Shown here piece by piece: positions 36,338 through 44,341 of a stretch of 44,341 nucleotides of DNA. Source of the stretch: a virus; UHGV virus genome UHGV-0173462; one strand, written 5' to 3'. A model generated the notes under the pieces. That model was not told where the DNA came from. It worked only from the letters and a program-made list of their open reading frames with translations, and made no database searches. Position 1 is the stretch's first letter, and every line of letters begins with the position of its first letter. The translations under genes and the position numbers were made by a program.

Positions 36338-36341
36338 TGAA

Positions 36342-36680
36342 ATGAAAGTAGTTTATTTATGGAAAAATGGACAAGCAATTATTGTTCACAAAAACGAAGA
36401 AGATGAATATGTTTATCCTGATGAAAAATGGACTGAGAACCAACCTCCTCAAGGTATTATCTTACCTTGCTATTATGACGGTAAAAAATGGGTTGGACAA
36501 ACTCAAGATGAGCTAGAAAAGATGTTGCCCGAAGTGGAAATTCCTGTTGATGACAAAGATATTGCTATAGCTAAATTAACGAGCTTAGTTGTCGATTTAC
36601 AAGAAGAGGTTATGAGTTTGAAGCAGAACATCGCACTAATAACTGAAGAACAAGCAAATCAAAAATTGGGGGAAGTATAA
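36342..36680 (+). CDS. Hypothetical tail-module protein
   Basis: RBS GGACGGAGTGATGAA-ATG. Confidence 0.5.
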   Translation: MKVVYLWKNGQAIIVHKNEEDEYVYPDEKWTENQPPQGIILPCYYDGKKWVGQTQDELEKMLPEVEIPVDDKDIAIAKLTSLVVDLQEEVMSLKQNIALITEEQANQKLGEV

Positions 36681-36681
36681 T

Positions 36682-36822
36682 ATGGACAAAGTAGTAATCG
36701 ATTTATATAAGAAAAAATTATACACTGACGAAACTTTCAAAAAGTTTGTTAGAGTTGGTTGGATTACTCCGGAGCAATTCAAAGAAACTACAGGTAAAGA
36801 TTACGAACCACAAGTTAAATAG
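36682..36822 (+). CDS. XkdX-family small phage protein (46 aa)
   Basis: FVRVGWITPEQFKEITG-like motif typical of XkdX; RBS GGGGAAG. Confidence 0.45.
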   Translation: MDKVVIDLYKKKLYTDETFKKFVRVGWITPEQFKETTGKDYEPQVK

Positions 36823-36862
36823 CTTGTGGTTTTATTTTTTGAGTAAAGTGGGTGTATTAACC

Positions 36863-37270
36863 TTGAAGAAAATAAACACATCAGACTTAATGTCCAACCT
36901 TTTACTTTTATTGTTAGCTGTTACAGGTGGAATAAGAAGCTTAGAGTGGATTGATAAAACGGTAGATGAACTAGAAAAAATATCTCCTTTGTATACCAAA
37001 ATAAGTCTTTATTTTGACGTTCAGACTATGGGTTGGTTTATGTTAATAGGTTCATTCATTCTTGCTGCAGCGATGTTCTTAGATGGTAAAACATATGCTA
37101 TATTCATCATTTTAGGTAATAGTTTAAGTGGTTTCATCCATATACTTTTCGGTTTATTGTCAGTAAGTGGTGCAGAGATGTTTACGACATATTATATTAA
37201 TTTGAGTGTTGGTATCATACAAATCATCTTGGTTGCAATTGGAGTTTTGATTTTATGCAAAAAACAATAG
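36863..37270 (+). CDS. Multi-pass membrane protein (start uncertain: TTG 36863 or ATG 36890)
   Basis: Several TM helices (LLLLLLAVTGG, FMLIGSFILAAAMF, AIFIILGNSLSGFIHILFGLL, GIIQIILVAIGVLIL); possible holin-like/accessory membrane protein. Confidence 0.45.
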   Translation: MKKINTSDLMSNLLLLLLAVTGGIRSLEWIDKTVDELEKISPLYTKISLYFDVQTMGWFMLIGSFILAAAMFLDGKTYAIFIILGNSLSGFIHILFGLLSVSGAEMFTTYYINLSVGIIQIILVAIGVLILCKKQ

Positions 37271-37701
37271 AAGAACAAAGAATTACTAGCTTAGAAAAAC
37301 GTATGGATAAAGCCGAAACTAATATAGATAAAACGACTGAAAAGTTATACAAAGTTGATGAAAAACATGACGATAGATATACGGAAACGATACAAGTTAT
37401 TACAGAATTAAAAGGTACATCTGCTAACACTGAAAAAAACACGGATAGAATGGCGAATAGTATAGAAGGACTCGTGAAAGAATTGAGACAATCAAATTCT
37501 AATACAAATAGGCGTTTTGAAGAAGTTAACGAAGAAGTAAGGGATATCAGAAAAACATTAGATAACAAGATTGAAGATAAGCAATTTATATTGGAAGAAA
37601 AGAAATTATCTAATAAAACTTTAGGCGCTATACTTGTAGGTGCATTCGCACTGTTAGAAACATTAAGTAAAGTAATTGCCCCTTTGCTATTTGGAAACTA
37701 A
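37255..37701 (+). CDS. DUF2951-like coiled-coil protein with C-terminal TM anchor
   Basis: 148 aa; family typical upstream of tail lysin genes in staphylococcal siphoviruses. Confidence 0.55.
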   Translation: MQKTIEEQRITSLEKRMDKAETNIDKTTEKLYKVDEKHDDRYTETIQVITELKGTSANTEKNTDRMANSIEGLVKELRQSNSNTNRRFEEVNEEVRDIRKTLDNKIEDKQFILEEKKLSNKTLGAILVGAFALLETLSKVIAPLLFGN

Positions 37702-37751
37702 GTCGGTACTTATGTATCGGCTTTTTATTATGCCAGAAATGAGGTGGATAT

Positions 37752-37865
37752 ATGGGATTACCTAGCCCTAAAAAAAGAAAACCTACTGCTTCGGAAGTTG
37801 CAGCATGGGCAAAAAGAATGATTGGCAGAAGAGTTGATGTAGATGGTTATTATGGCGCCCAGTGT
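37752..37865 (+). CDS. Tail-associated cell-wall hydrolase (CHAP + glucosaminidase), exon 1 (38 codons ending ...GAQC)
   Basis: MGLPSPKKRKPTASEVAAWAKRMIGRRVDVDGYYGAQC then in-frame stop 2 codons later; RBS TGAGGTGG; contains the CHAP catalytic Cys. Confidence 0.7.
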
Positions 37866-38111
37866 TGAATCTAGCACCTTTGATGAGTAATCATCATAGC
37901 AAACTCCTCTAATTCATGGGAACCCTAAACAAGTTATGTTGTAGGCAATCATGAGCGAAGCCTATAAATAGGAACGTGCAACGACTAGTCGAAAGACGTA
38001 CACTCAAGCGAGTGGAAACGGGGAGCAACCTAATAGGTTGATGATATAGTCTGAACATTCATAGAAATATGAAGAAGGTGACAAGTGGCGATTGTCATCG
38101 TAACAAAATTG
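37866..38111 (+). ncRNA. ORF-less group I intron (~246 nt; boundaries +/-2 nt) in the tail-lysin CHAP domain
   Basis: R-like GUGCAACGACUAGU (37974-37990) and S-like GAUAUAGUCU (38043-38053) P7 elements; GNRA hairpins TGATGA-GUAA-TCATCA (37881-37896) and TTCATA-GAAA-TATGAA (38058-38073); 5' exon ends in U, intron ends in G; removal restores GAQC|WDLPNY. Confidence 0.75.
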
Positions 38112-39899
38112 TGGGATTTACCAAACTACATTTTCAATAGATATTGGCATTTCAAAACAACAGGAAATGCGATTGCTATGGCGTGGTATAGATATCCTAA
38201 AGGGTTCAAATTCTATAGGAATACTAGAAACTTTGTTCCGAAACCTGGTGACATGGCAGTTTGGGGAAAGGGTTCCTTTAATAACGGTGTTGGTCACACA
38301 GCTGTTGTAATTGGTCCATCTACTAAAAGTTACTTCACTAGTGTGGATCAAAATTGGATTGGTGCAAATAGTTATACAGGCTCACCTGGCGCGAAAATTA
38401 AACATAGTTATAACGGTATAAGCGGATTTGTCAGACCTCCCTACCACGCAGAAACTAAGAAACCATCGAAACCAAGTAGTACACCGTCCAAACATTCTAA
38501 TGACAACGCTCCTAAAAACACAAAAGAACAAACAAAACCTATAACTAAAGAGATTACCAAAGTTTCCTATACATCATTCGCATACGATTTAGACGATGAT
38601 TTGGAATATATTTATCATTACATGGTTGAAGGACAAAAGTTGATAGGGAAGGTAAAAGGTATATATATCAAAGAGAGTACACATATGCGTTCTGTTGAAG
38701 AATTGTATTTACAACGTAATAAATATGTGAATGAAGATGAATACCCTCATGTATATATTGACCGTGAGCGTGTATGGACACCTAGACCTGATTCAGAAGA
38801 AGCACCAGAACATCCAGGTTGGCTTGTTATGGAAGTTTGCGGAGGACAAACGGATAGTAAACGCCAATTCATGCTCAATCAAATCAGAGCGTTAATCTAC
38901 GGCGTTTGGTTACTAAGTTGGAGTAAGGTAAAACTTTCTGAATCGTCAATCAAAGCAGATCCTAACATATGGCGTTCTATGAAAGATTTAATCAATTACG
39001 ACTTAATCAAAAATGGTATTCCTGATGAAAGTAAATATAAAGAAGTCGAGAAGAAAATTATCGGTTTATATTTGAAAAGAGATAAATTACTTACAGAAAC
39101 AATTACTACAACAACTACAAAGACAACGATAAAAATTAAACCTAAAACTTCGGTCGACAATCCTTCACAGAACGATAAGTCGACAGGCAAAACGACAAAC
39201 AGAACTTCAAATAAACCTCGTGTAGTTGTAGAGAAAAGTAAATATACTTTCCAACAAGCGCTTAATGCACAAATGGCTCATGGCATGCCTCAAAAATCTT
39301 ATAGTTGGGGTTGGGGCAATGCTTCTAGGTCACAAACAAGTAAGTATATGAATCCTAACACTATATGGAATAGTTCAACTCAACGCTATCAAATGCTAGA
39401 TTTAGGAAAATATCAAGGTATATCAGTAAGTAAGTTGAATAAGATACTTAAAGGTAAAGGCACTTTATCTGGACAAGGTAAAGCTTTTGCAGACGGTTGT
39501 AAGAAGTACAATGTAAATGAAATTTACTTAATCGCTCACGCTTTCTTAGAGAGTGGATATGGCCGTAGTAACTTTGCTAGTGGACGTTATGGTATCTACA
39601 ACTACTTTGGTATTGCAGCTTACGACAACAACCCTAACGCTTCTATAGCATACGCTAGACGTCAAGGGTGGACGAGTCCACGTAATGGTATTATAGGTGG
39701 CGCTAAGTTCGTTAGAAAACAATTCTTCAACAAAGGTAAAAACACATTATACAGAATGCGTTGGAACCCTAAAAACCCTGGACATATGCAATACGCTACT
39801 GCGATTGAATGGTGTAACTTCCAAGCTACAACTATTAGTAGCTTATACAAAAAAGTAGGTGCAAAAGGTATGTACTACATTAGAGATAAATATAGATAA
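38112..39899 (+). CDS. Tail-associated cell-wall hydrolase, exon 2 (rest of CHAP domain + C-terminal glucosaminidase domain)
   Basis: WDLPNYIFNRYW...GHTAVVIG (CHAP His) ... YLIAHAFLESGYGRS...YNYFGIAAYD (glucosaminidase). Confidence 0.8.
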   Translation, partial: WDLPNYIFNRYWHFKTTGNAIAMAWYRYPKGFKFYRNTRNFVPKPGDMAVWGKGSFNNGVGHTAVVIGPSTKSYFTSVDQNWIGANSYTGSPGAKIKHSYNGISGFVRPPYHAETKKPSKPSSTPSKHSNDNAPKNTKEQTKPITKEITKVSYTSFAYDLDDDLEYIYHYMVEGQKLIGKVKGIYIKESTHMRSVEELYLQRNKYVNEDEYPHVYIDRERVWTPRPDSEEAPEHPGWLVMEVCGGQTDSKRQFMLNQIRALIYGVWLLSWSKVKLSESSIKADPNIWRSMKDLINYDLIKNGIPDESKYKEVEKKIIGLYLKRDKLLTETITTTTTKTTIKIKPKTSVDNPSQNDKSTGKTTNRTSNKPRVVVEKSKYTFQQALNAQMAHGMPQKSYSWGWGNASRSQTSKYMNPNTIWNSSTQRYQMLDLGKYQGISVSKLNKILKGKGTLSGQGKAFADGCKKYNVNEIYLIAHAFLESGYGRSNFASGRYGIYNYFGIAAYDNNPNASIAYARRQGWTSPRNGIIGGAKFVRKQFFNKGKNTLYRMRWNPKNPGHMQYATAIEWCNFQATTISSLYKKVGAKGMYYIRDKYR

Positions 39900-39954
39900 C
39901 AAGGCTATTCACTGTGAGTGGGTAGCCTTTAATAACTAGAAAAGGTGGTTTCTA

Positions 39955-40464
39955 ATGCTAATAAATGTACTTAATTTAAATGACTCACAAGACGGCAATC
40001 GCATTAAACAAGGTGACTTATCGCACATGCGATACATCTTGTCTGACACTAACAACGATGATTTAAAACTAGATGGATTACCTGCAAAAGTTTTTCTCAC
40101 TGACAGTACAGGTGTCAAATATATCTACGACACTACAGTTAGGCAATATGACAATGCCTATGTGTGCGATGTTGTAATCAATCAGATTATTCCTGCAAAC
40201 ACGTATTCATTAGAAATATGGGTGGATAACAAGTATGTATTCCCGTCTGACAATAAAGCGAAAATTCAAGTGACAGAGAGTGTGATTGGTAGACAATTAA
40301 TCAACACACAAAACCATGATTTATGGCAAGAAATGATTGAATACGGTGTAAAAAACGGATTAATTAAGAACCAAACTGAAAGCGAAGAAAATTTTGTCAT
40401 TGGAGAAAACGAACCGACTGACACAACTAAAATTTGGATTGACACTACTGGAGGTAATGAATAA
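39955..40464 (+). CDS. Hypothetical tail/baseplate-associated protein
   Basis: 169 aa, RBS AAAAGGTGG. Confidence 0.5.
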   Translation: MLINVLNLNDSQDGNRIKQGDLSHMRYILSDTNNDDLKLDGLPAKVFLTDSTGVKYIYDTTVRQYDNAYVCDVVINQIIPANTYSLEIWVDNKYVFPSDNKAKIQVTESVIGRQLINTQNHDLWQEMIEYGVKNGLIKNQTESEENFVIGENEPTDTTKIWIDTTGGNE

Positions 40465-41003
40465 TGAAAGCTATACCTAAAATTTTTGACAAAGAAAAAG
40501 GACAATGGATTGAATTAATGGCTAAACCTATAGCAGATGAAGTGGTTAAAATTATGAAAGAAGATTGGTTGAAAACAAAAGGACAACTTGATTGCTTGCT
40601 AATAGAGGCAAGTACACAATACGATGATGTTGTTCGTGTTGCCATATTTTATAATACAGCTCAAAAAGGTACTGACATCGTTGATAACCAAAAAAATTAT
40701 AAAATCAGTTTAGAAACACATCTAAAGAATATTGTAGAAAAGTTATCTTCATTCAAAAACTTCAATTTAAATGATTTTATAGAAAAATTACAGATTTACA
40801 ATGTTATGCCAGACACTTTCAATCTAAATGTTCAAATTGAAGATAGTGAAGGTAATTTTATAGTTGTTCCAAAAGTGAATACTATTACAAACAACTCCGA
40901 TATAACGAATGCATTAATTGAGGAAGGTTCAAAATTAGAGACTAGATATATCTATAACGATAATCCAATCGAAGAATACAAATACGTCAAAGCTAACCAA
41001 TAA
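40464..41003 (+). CDS. Hypothetical protein
   Basis: 179 aa, ATGA-coupled to previous gene. Confidence 0.5.
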   Translation: MKAIPKIFDKEKGQWIELMAKPIADEVVKIMKEDWLKTKGQLDCLLIEASTQYDDVVRVAIFYNTAQKGTDIVDNQKNYKISLETHLKNIVEKLSSFKNFNLNDFIEKLQIYNVMPDTFNLNVQIEDSEGNFIVVPKVNTITNNSDITNALIEEGSKLETRYIYNDNPIEEYKYVKANQ

Positions 41004-41042
41004 CGGTTGGCTTTTTAATTTAACTAAAAGGAGCATAAATAA

Positions 41043-41339
41043 ATGAAAGCAAAAGTAATAACTAGATATGCGGTATTAGTTTTAGCATTAATCAATCAGT
41101 TTTTAGCAAACAAAGGTATTAGTCCGATTCCAGTAGATGAAGAAACGATTTCGTCTATCATCTTAACTGTCATAGCTTTATATACAACGTATAAAGACAA
41201 TCCAACTACGAAAGAAGGGCGTTGGGCTAATCAAAAACTTAAAAAGTACAAAGCAGAAAAGAAATATCGTAACGCAACAGGTCAAGCACCAATTACAAAC
41301 GAAAACGTAGAACCTACGAATTTAGACGAATTAGGGTAG
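41043..41339 (+). CDS. Holin
   Basis: 98 aa, two TM helices (AVLVLALINQFLA; SIILTVIALYTTY), charged C-terminus, directly upstream of endolysin; RBS AAAGGAGC. Confidence 0.8.
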   Translation: MKAKVITRYAVLVLALINQFLANKGISPIPVDEETISSIILTVIALYTTYKDNPTTKEGRWANQKLKKYKAEKKYRNATGQAPITNENVEPTNLDELG

Positions 41340-42812
41340 GTGGCACATATGTTAATGACTAAATCTCAAGCGGAAAAATGGCTTGATAATTCAGAAGGTA
41401 AACAATATAACTTTGACAATTATGCAGGTTTTCAGTGTTACGATTACGCAAATGCATTTTTTAATGCAGTCACAGGTGCTAGATTAACAGGTTTATATGC
41501 GAAAAACATACCATTTGATAATGAAAAGGTAATAAGCAAATATGCAAAAGTGATTAAAAACTATGATTCTTTCTTACCTCGAAAAACTGATATAGCAGTG
41601 TTTAACGGTGGCTATGGCGGTGGTGCTGGTCACGTTGCACCAGTAACGCGAGCAACACTCACACAATTTGAAGTGTTAGAGCAAAATTGGAACGGACAAG
41701 GTTGGACGAATGGTGTAGCGTCTCCAGGTTGGGGACCAGAGAGAGTGACAAGACGTTGGCATTATTATGATGATCCTATGTACTTCATTCGCTTTGACTT
41801 CCCAAGTAATATCAATGCAGGTAAGAAAGCAAAAAAAATCATCAAGAACGCAGTATCTAAAAATGAGAAAGCAAAAGCTAAAATTAAACCTAAGAAAATT
41901 ATGATTGTTGCAGGCCACGGATATAGTGATCCAGGAGCGGTTGGAAATGGTACAAACGAACGCGATTTCATTCGTAAAAACATCACACCTCATGTTGCGA
42001 GTTATTTACGACAAGCAGGCCACGAAGTAGCTTTATATGGTGGTACTAAACAGTCGCAAGATATGTATCAAGATACTGCTTACGGTCAGAATGTAGGTAA
42101 TAGGTCAGATTACGGTATGTATTGGGTTAAAAAACAGAAATACGATATTATAGCAGAATTCCATTTGGACGCAGCAGGTGCGTCTGCGTCGGGCGGTCAT
42201 GTTATCATCTCTAGTGCGTTCAGTGCAGATAGAATTGATAAAGACATACAAAAAGTGATTAAAGATAATGTAGGTCAGATTAGAGACATCACACCAAGAA
42301 ACGACTTACTAAACGCTAATGTTTCGGCAGAAATCAACATGAATTATCGTTTAACTGAATTAGGTTTTATCACTAACAAAGCTGATATGGATTGGATTAA
42401 GAAGAATAGTAAAAAGTATGCTAAGTTGATAGCTGGAGCGATTCACGGTAAGCCTATCGGTGGTGTGGTCGCTAGTAGTAAGAAACCTAAACCGAAAGAT
42501 GAAAAGAAACCAGTTGTACCAAATGGCTATGTGTTAGATAAGAATGGTGTACCTTACAAAAAAGAGAGTGGCAAATATACAGTTACGACTGTTAAAGGTA
42601 ACAACGTAAGAACATCATACAATACGACTGCAACAATTACAGGTGTATTACCGAATGGCACATCTATTATCTATGACGGTGCTTATTGTATAAATGGTTA
42701 TCGTTGGATAACTTATATTGCGAATAACGGTAAACGTCGTTATATAGCAACAGGCGAAGTAGATAAAGACGGCAAACGTTTAAATAGTTTTGGTAAATTT
42801 AGTGCAGTTTGA
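41340..42812 (+). CDS. Endolysin: CHAP + Amidase_3 (MurNAc-L-Ala amidase) + SH3b cell-wall binding domain (start GTG 41340 or ATG 41349)
   Basis: CHAP: GFQCYDYANAFF ... GHVAPV; Amidase_3: KIMIVAGHGYSDPGAVGNGTNERD...; C-terminal SH3b-like YRWITYIANNGKRRYIATGE. Confidence 0.9.
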   Translation: MAHMLMTKSQAEKWLDNSEGKQYNFDNYAGFQCYDYANAFFNAVTGARLTGLYAKNIPFDNEKVISKYAKVIKNYDSFLPRKTDIAVFNGGYGGGAGHVAPVTRATLTQFEVLEQNWNGQGWTNGVASPGWGPERVTRRWHYYDDPMYFIRFDFPSNINAGKKAKKIIKNAVSKNEKAKAKIKPKKIMIVAGHGYSDPGAVGNGTNERDFIRKNITPHVASYLRQAGHEVALYGGTKQSQDMYQDTAYGQNVGNRSDYGMYWVKKQKYDIIAEFHLDAAGASASGGHVIISSAFSADRIDKDIQKVIKDNVGQIRDITPRNDLLNANVSAEINMNYRLTELGFITNKADMDWIKKNSKKYAKLIAGAIHGKPIGGVVASSKKPKPKDEKKPVVPNGYVLDKNGVPYKKESGKYTVTTVKGNNVRTSYNTTATITGVLPNGTSIIYDGAYCINGYRWITYIANNGKRRYIATGEVDKDGKRLNSFGKFSAV

Positions 42813-42837
42813 TATAATTAAATTACCACGTCATTAT

Positions 42838-42872
42838 ACAAGGGGAGTCGCTATGACTACCCTATTTTTTAT
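42838..42872 (+). terminator. Rho-independent terminator after endolysin (AGGGGAGTC-gctat-GACTACCCCT + ATTTTTT)
   Basis: Hairpin with one bulge + T-run. Confidence 0.55.
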
Positions 42873-42955
42873 TGTATAATATTCTTTGTTCCTGATTTCA
42901 AACTAATACTATATTCTAAACCGCGTTCTTTATGAGCGTGGTTTTTTGTGTACAC

Positions 42956-42975
42956 GTGTCAAATACGTGTCAAAA
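42956..42975. repeat. Direct repeat copy 1: GTGTCAAATACGTGTCAAAA (candidate integrase arm-type sites)
   Basis: 18/20 identical to copy at 43118-43137. Confidence 0.45.
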
Positions 42976-43117
42976 TAGTTATAATCTTTTAGTTCTATTT
43001 AGAAAATAAATCTTTTAAAACACTGTACTTATGGCTATTTAGTTTTATTTAGAAATTTATTTTTATCCCTCCGTTTCCGTACTATACCGTTGATATGACG
43101 GGATTTCGAGAGAGTAA

Positions 43118-43137
43118 GTGTCAAATAAGTGTCAAGA
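43118..43137. repeat. Direct repeat copy 2: GTGTCAAATAAGTGTCAAGA (overlaps int stop codon)
   Basis: See copy 1. Confidence 0.45.
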
Positions 43138-44181
43138 GAATATTTCTCTGACACGTTGACCTTGCTCTTTTTTATGTTCTTCTAATAAATGTGAATACGT
43201 GTCTAGCGTTTGTGATATAGTAGCGTGACCTAAACGTTTACTTATATACTCGATTGGTATGCCTTTAGATAGTAAGTAAGATGTGTGCGTATGTCTGAGT
43301 GAATAGGGAGTTATATTATTATCGTTTAATCCTATCACTTCTTTTGCTTTTCTAAATGCTTTACTTACTGATGTATGACTAACCGAGAATAGCTTGCCAT
43401 CAATTCTACGCGGCATTTTAGCTAATTTTGAATTTATGTGCATGATATCTTTTGAATTAACTTCTACATCACGTTTTGAATTCTTTGTTTTCGTTCCAGG
43501 CAAATGAATTATGCCATTCGCTTTGTTTAGATCTTTGTAAGTCATATTGATGACATCGCTATATCTTGCGCCAGTAATGCCTAATAGATATAGCAAAACA
43601 TAACTTTCTTCATCTCTTTTCTTAAAATAATCTAGCAAGTTTAAATAGTCTTTTATCGTAATAAACTTAAATTTCTCATCTTTAGCTTTTTCAGTCCCTT
43701 TGATATTTACATTATAAGTAGGGTCTTTCTTCAAATAGCCATCGTATAACGCGTCTCTAATACATCTAGCAAGACAACCGTGAACTTTTCTTACTGTTTC
43801 ATCAGTGTGACCTTGTGCGTATTGATTTAAAAACTTTTGATACTCACTACGTGTGATATTTTTAACTAACATATTTTCTCCGAAATACTCACTGAATAAT
43901 TTAATCGATCTTTCATACCAGTAGAATTGTTTGCTAGACAACTGTTTCTTGTTCTTAATTTTTATCCAGTCATCGTAGTAGTCAACGAATTTTTTATTAT
44001 CTTCAATGTTGTTGCCATCTTCTAAATCTCTAATAAATTGTTGTGCTGCGTTTGTAGCCTCAGCTTTTGTTTTGAATCCAGATTTACGTTTTTTGCCAGA
44101 TTTCAAACTAGGGTGTTTAACATCGTATTGCCATGATGAGCTTGTCTTATTTTTGCGTTTTGTTACTGTAAATGTTGCCAT
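43132..44181 (-). CDS. int: Tyrosine site-specific integrase
   Basis: 349 aa; catalytic motifs ...R...HxxR...Y (LRHTHTSYLLSKGIPIEYISKRLGHATISQTLDTYSHL); RBS GGAGG (rc). Confidence 0.9.
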   Translation of the reverse strand: MATFTVTKRKNKTSSSWQYDVKHPSLKSGKKRKSGFKTKAEATNAAQQFIRDLEDGNNIEDNKKFVDYYDDWIKIKNKKQLSSKQFYWYERSIKLFSEYFGENMLVKNITRSEYQKFLNQYAQGHTDETVRKVHGCLARCIRDALYDGYLKKDPTYNVNIKGTEKAKDEKFKFITIKDYLNLLDYFKKRDEESYVLLYLLGITGARYSDVINMTYKDLNKANGIIHLPGTKTKNSKRDVEVNSKDIMHINSKLAKMPRRIDGKLFSVSHTSVSKAFRKAKEVIGLNDNNITPYSLRHTHTSYLLSKGIPIEYISKRLGHATISQTLDTYSHLLEEHKKEQGQRVREIFS

Positions 44182-44197
44182 TTTAAGTGTTCCTCCC

Positions 44198-44236
44198 TAA
44201 AAAAGTAAAAAATAATAAGGGTACTAGGTACCCATA
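44198..44236 (-). terminator. Rho-independent terminator of the lipoprotein gene (GGGTAC-cua-GUACCC followed by U-rich tract on minus strand)
   Basis: Palindrome GGGTACTAGGTACCC at ~44219-44233; on minus strand followed by TTATTATTTTTTACTTTTTT. Confidence 0.5.
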
Positions 44237-44238
44237 AA

Positions 44239-44341
44239 TTATTGTTGTAATGCTTGTGACTCATTTCTTGCTTTAGTTACGTCTTGTTTGAAACTATCAT
44301 ACGATTGGTTAGGACTAGATAATGCCATACCAGGCCCACCA
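44239..44341 (-). CDS. C-terminal 33 codons + stop of the same lipoprotein gene (wrap-around part)
   Basis: rc of window end reads ...GGPGMALSSPNQSYDSFKQDVTKARNESQALQQ* in the exact frame left open at position 1 (2 nt + 1 nt complete a GGT codon). Confidence 0.6.
   Translation of the reverse strand, partial: GGPGMALSSPNQSYDSFKQDVTKARNESQALQQ

Larger units (their letters stand above)
42813..43131. other. Probable attP region between lysis module and integrase
   Basis: Non-coding, AT-rich, flanked by lysin terminator and int 3' end; contains arm-type-like direct repeats and short ATTTAGAAA/CTATTTAG repeats. Confidence 0.45.

Noticed and set aside
38085-39899. ORF-track call of a 604-aa protein starting at the GTG inside the intron
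   Set aside because: The first ~9 codons are intron sequence. A protein starting here would lack the CHAP catalytic Cys encoded in exon 1 (37752-37865) and the GTG has no SD. The spliced two-exon gene is preferred.
42918-42950. Second hairpin AAACCGCG-ttctttatga-CGTGGTTT + TTTTGTG after the lysin terminator
   Set aside because: Plausibly a second terminator or part of attP. I could not decide between the two, so it is not listed as a separate feature.
1-44341. CRISPR arrays, tRNA/tmRNA/rRNA genes, toxin-antitoxin pairs, reverse transcriptases/retrons
   Set aside because: No short regularly spaced repeats, no tRNA-like T-arm (GGTTCGAATCC-type) sequences and no RT motifs (YxDD) in any long ORF. 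None was found by eye; a tRNAscan/Rfam run would be needed to exclude small RNAs fully.

Overview
The window reads as one complete, circularly permuted genome (~44.3 kb, low GC) of a temperate siphovirus of a low-GC Gram-positive host. The host is most likely Staphylococcus: the lysogeny switch uses a cI-type repressor with an S24 autocleavage domain, the endolysin is CHAP-Amidase_3-SH3b, a CHAP-glucosaminidase tail lysin is present, and the gene order is staphylococcal. A minus-strand lipoprotein gene starts at 821, runs off position 1 and continues in frame from 44341 down to a stop at 44239. The two window ends are therefore contiguous and the tyrosine integrase (43132..44181, minus) lies directly upstream of the lipoprotein and cI genes. 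Module order is: lipoprotein(-), cI(-), operators, cro, antirepressor, small early genes including two opposite-strand morons with their own promoters, ERF, SSB, HNH/DUF968-like, replisome organizer with internal iterons, helicase loader, DnaB, about 25 small accessory genes (DUF1064 nuclease, DUF3310, free-standing HNH, SNase-like nuclease, MazG, membrane peptides), ArpU/RinA-like late activator, a 445-nt structured leader with tandem terminators, TerS, TerL (PBSX/pac type), portal, minor head, scaffold, capsid, connectors, tail genes (major tail, G/G-T chaperone by -1 frameshift, tape measure, Dit, Tal with SGNH hydrolase, beta-helix receptor-binding protein, BppU-like), holin, endolysin, attP region, int. 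Most notable: (1) an ORF-less ~246-nt group I intron splits the tail-associated CHAP-glucosaminidase lysin gene exactly at its catalytic Cys codon; (2) a ~969-nt HNH-endonuclease-carrying intervening sequence, most likely a group I intron, splits an HK97-gp10-like tail gene. No CRISPR, tRNA or rRNA was seen. All product calls come from motifs read directly in the ORF-track translations; no database search was possible.
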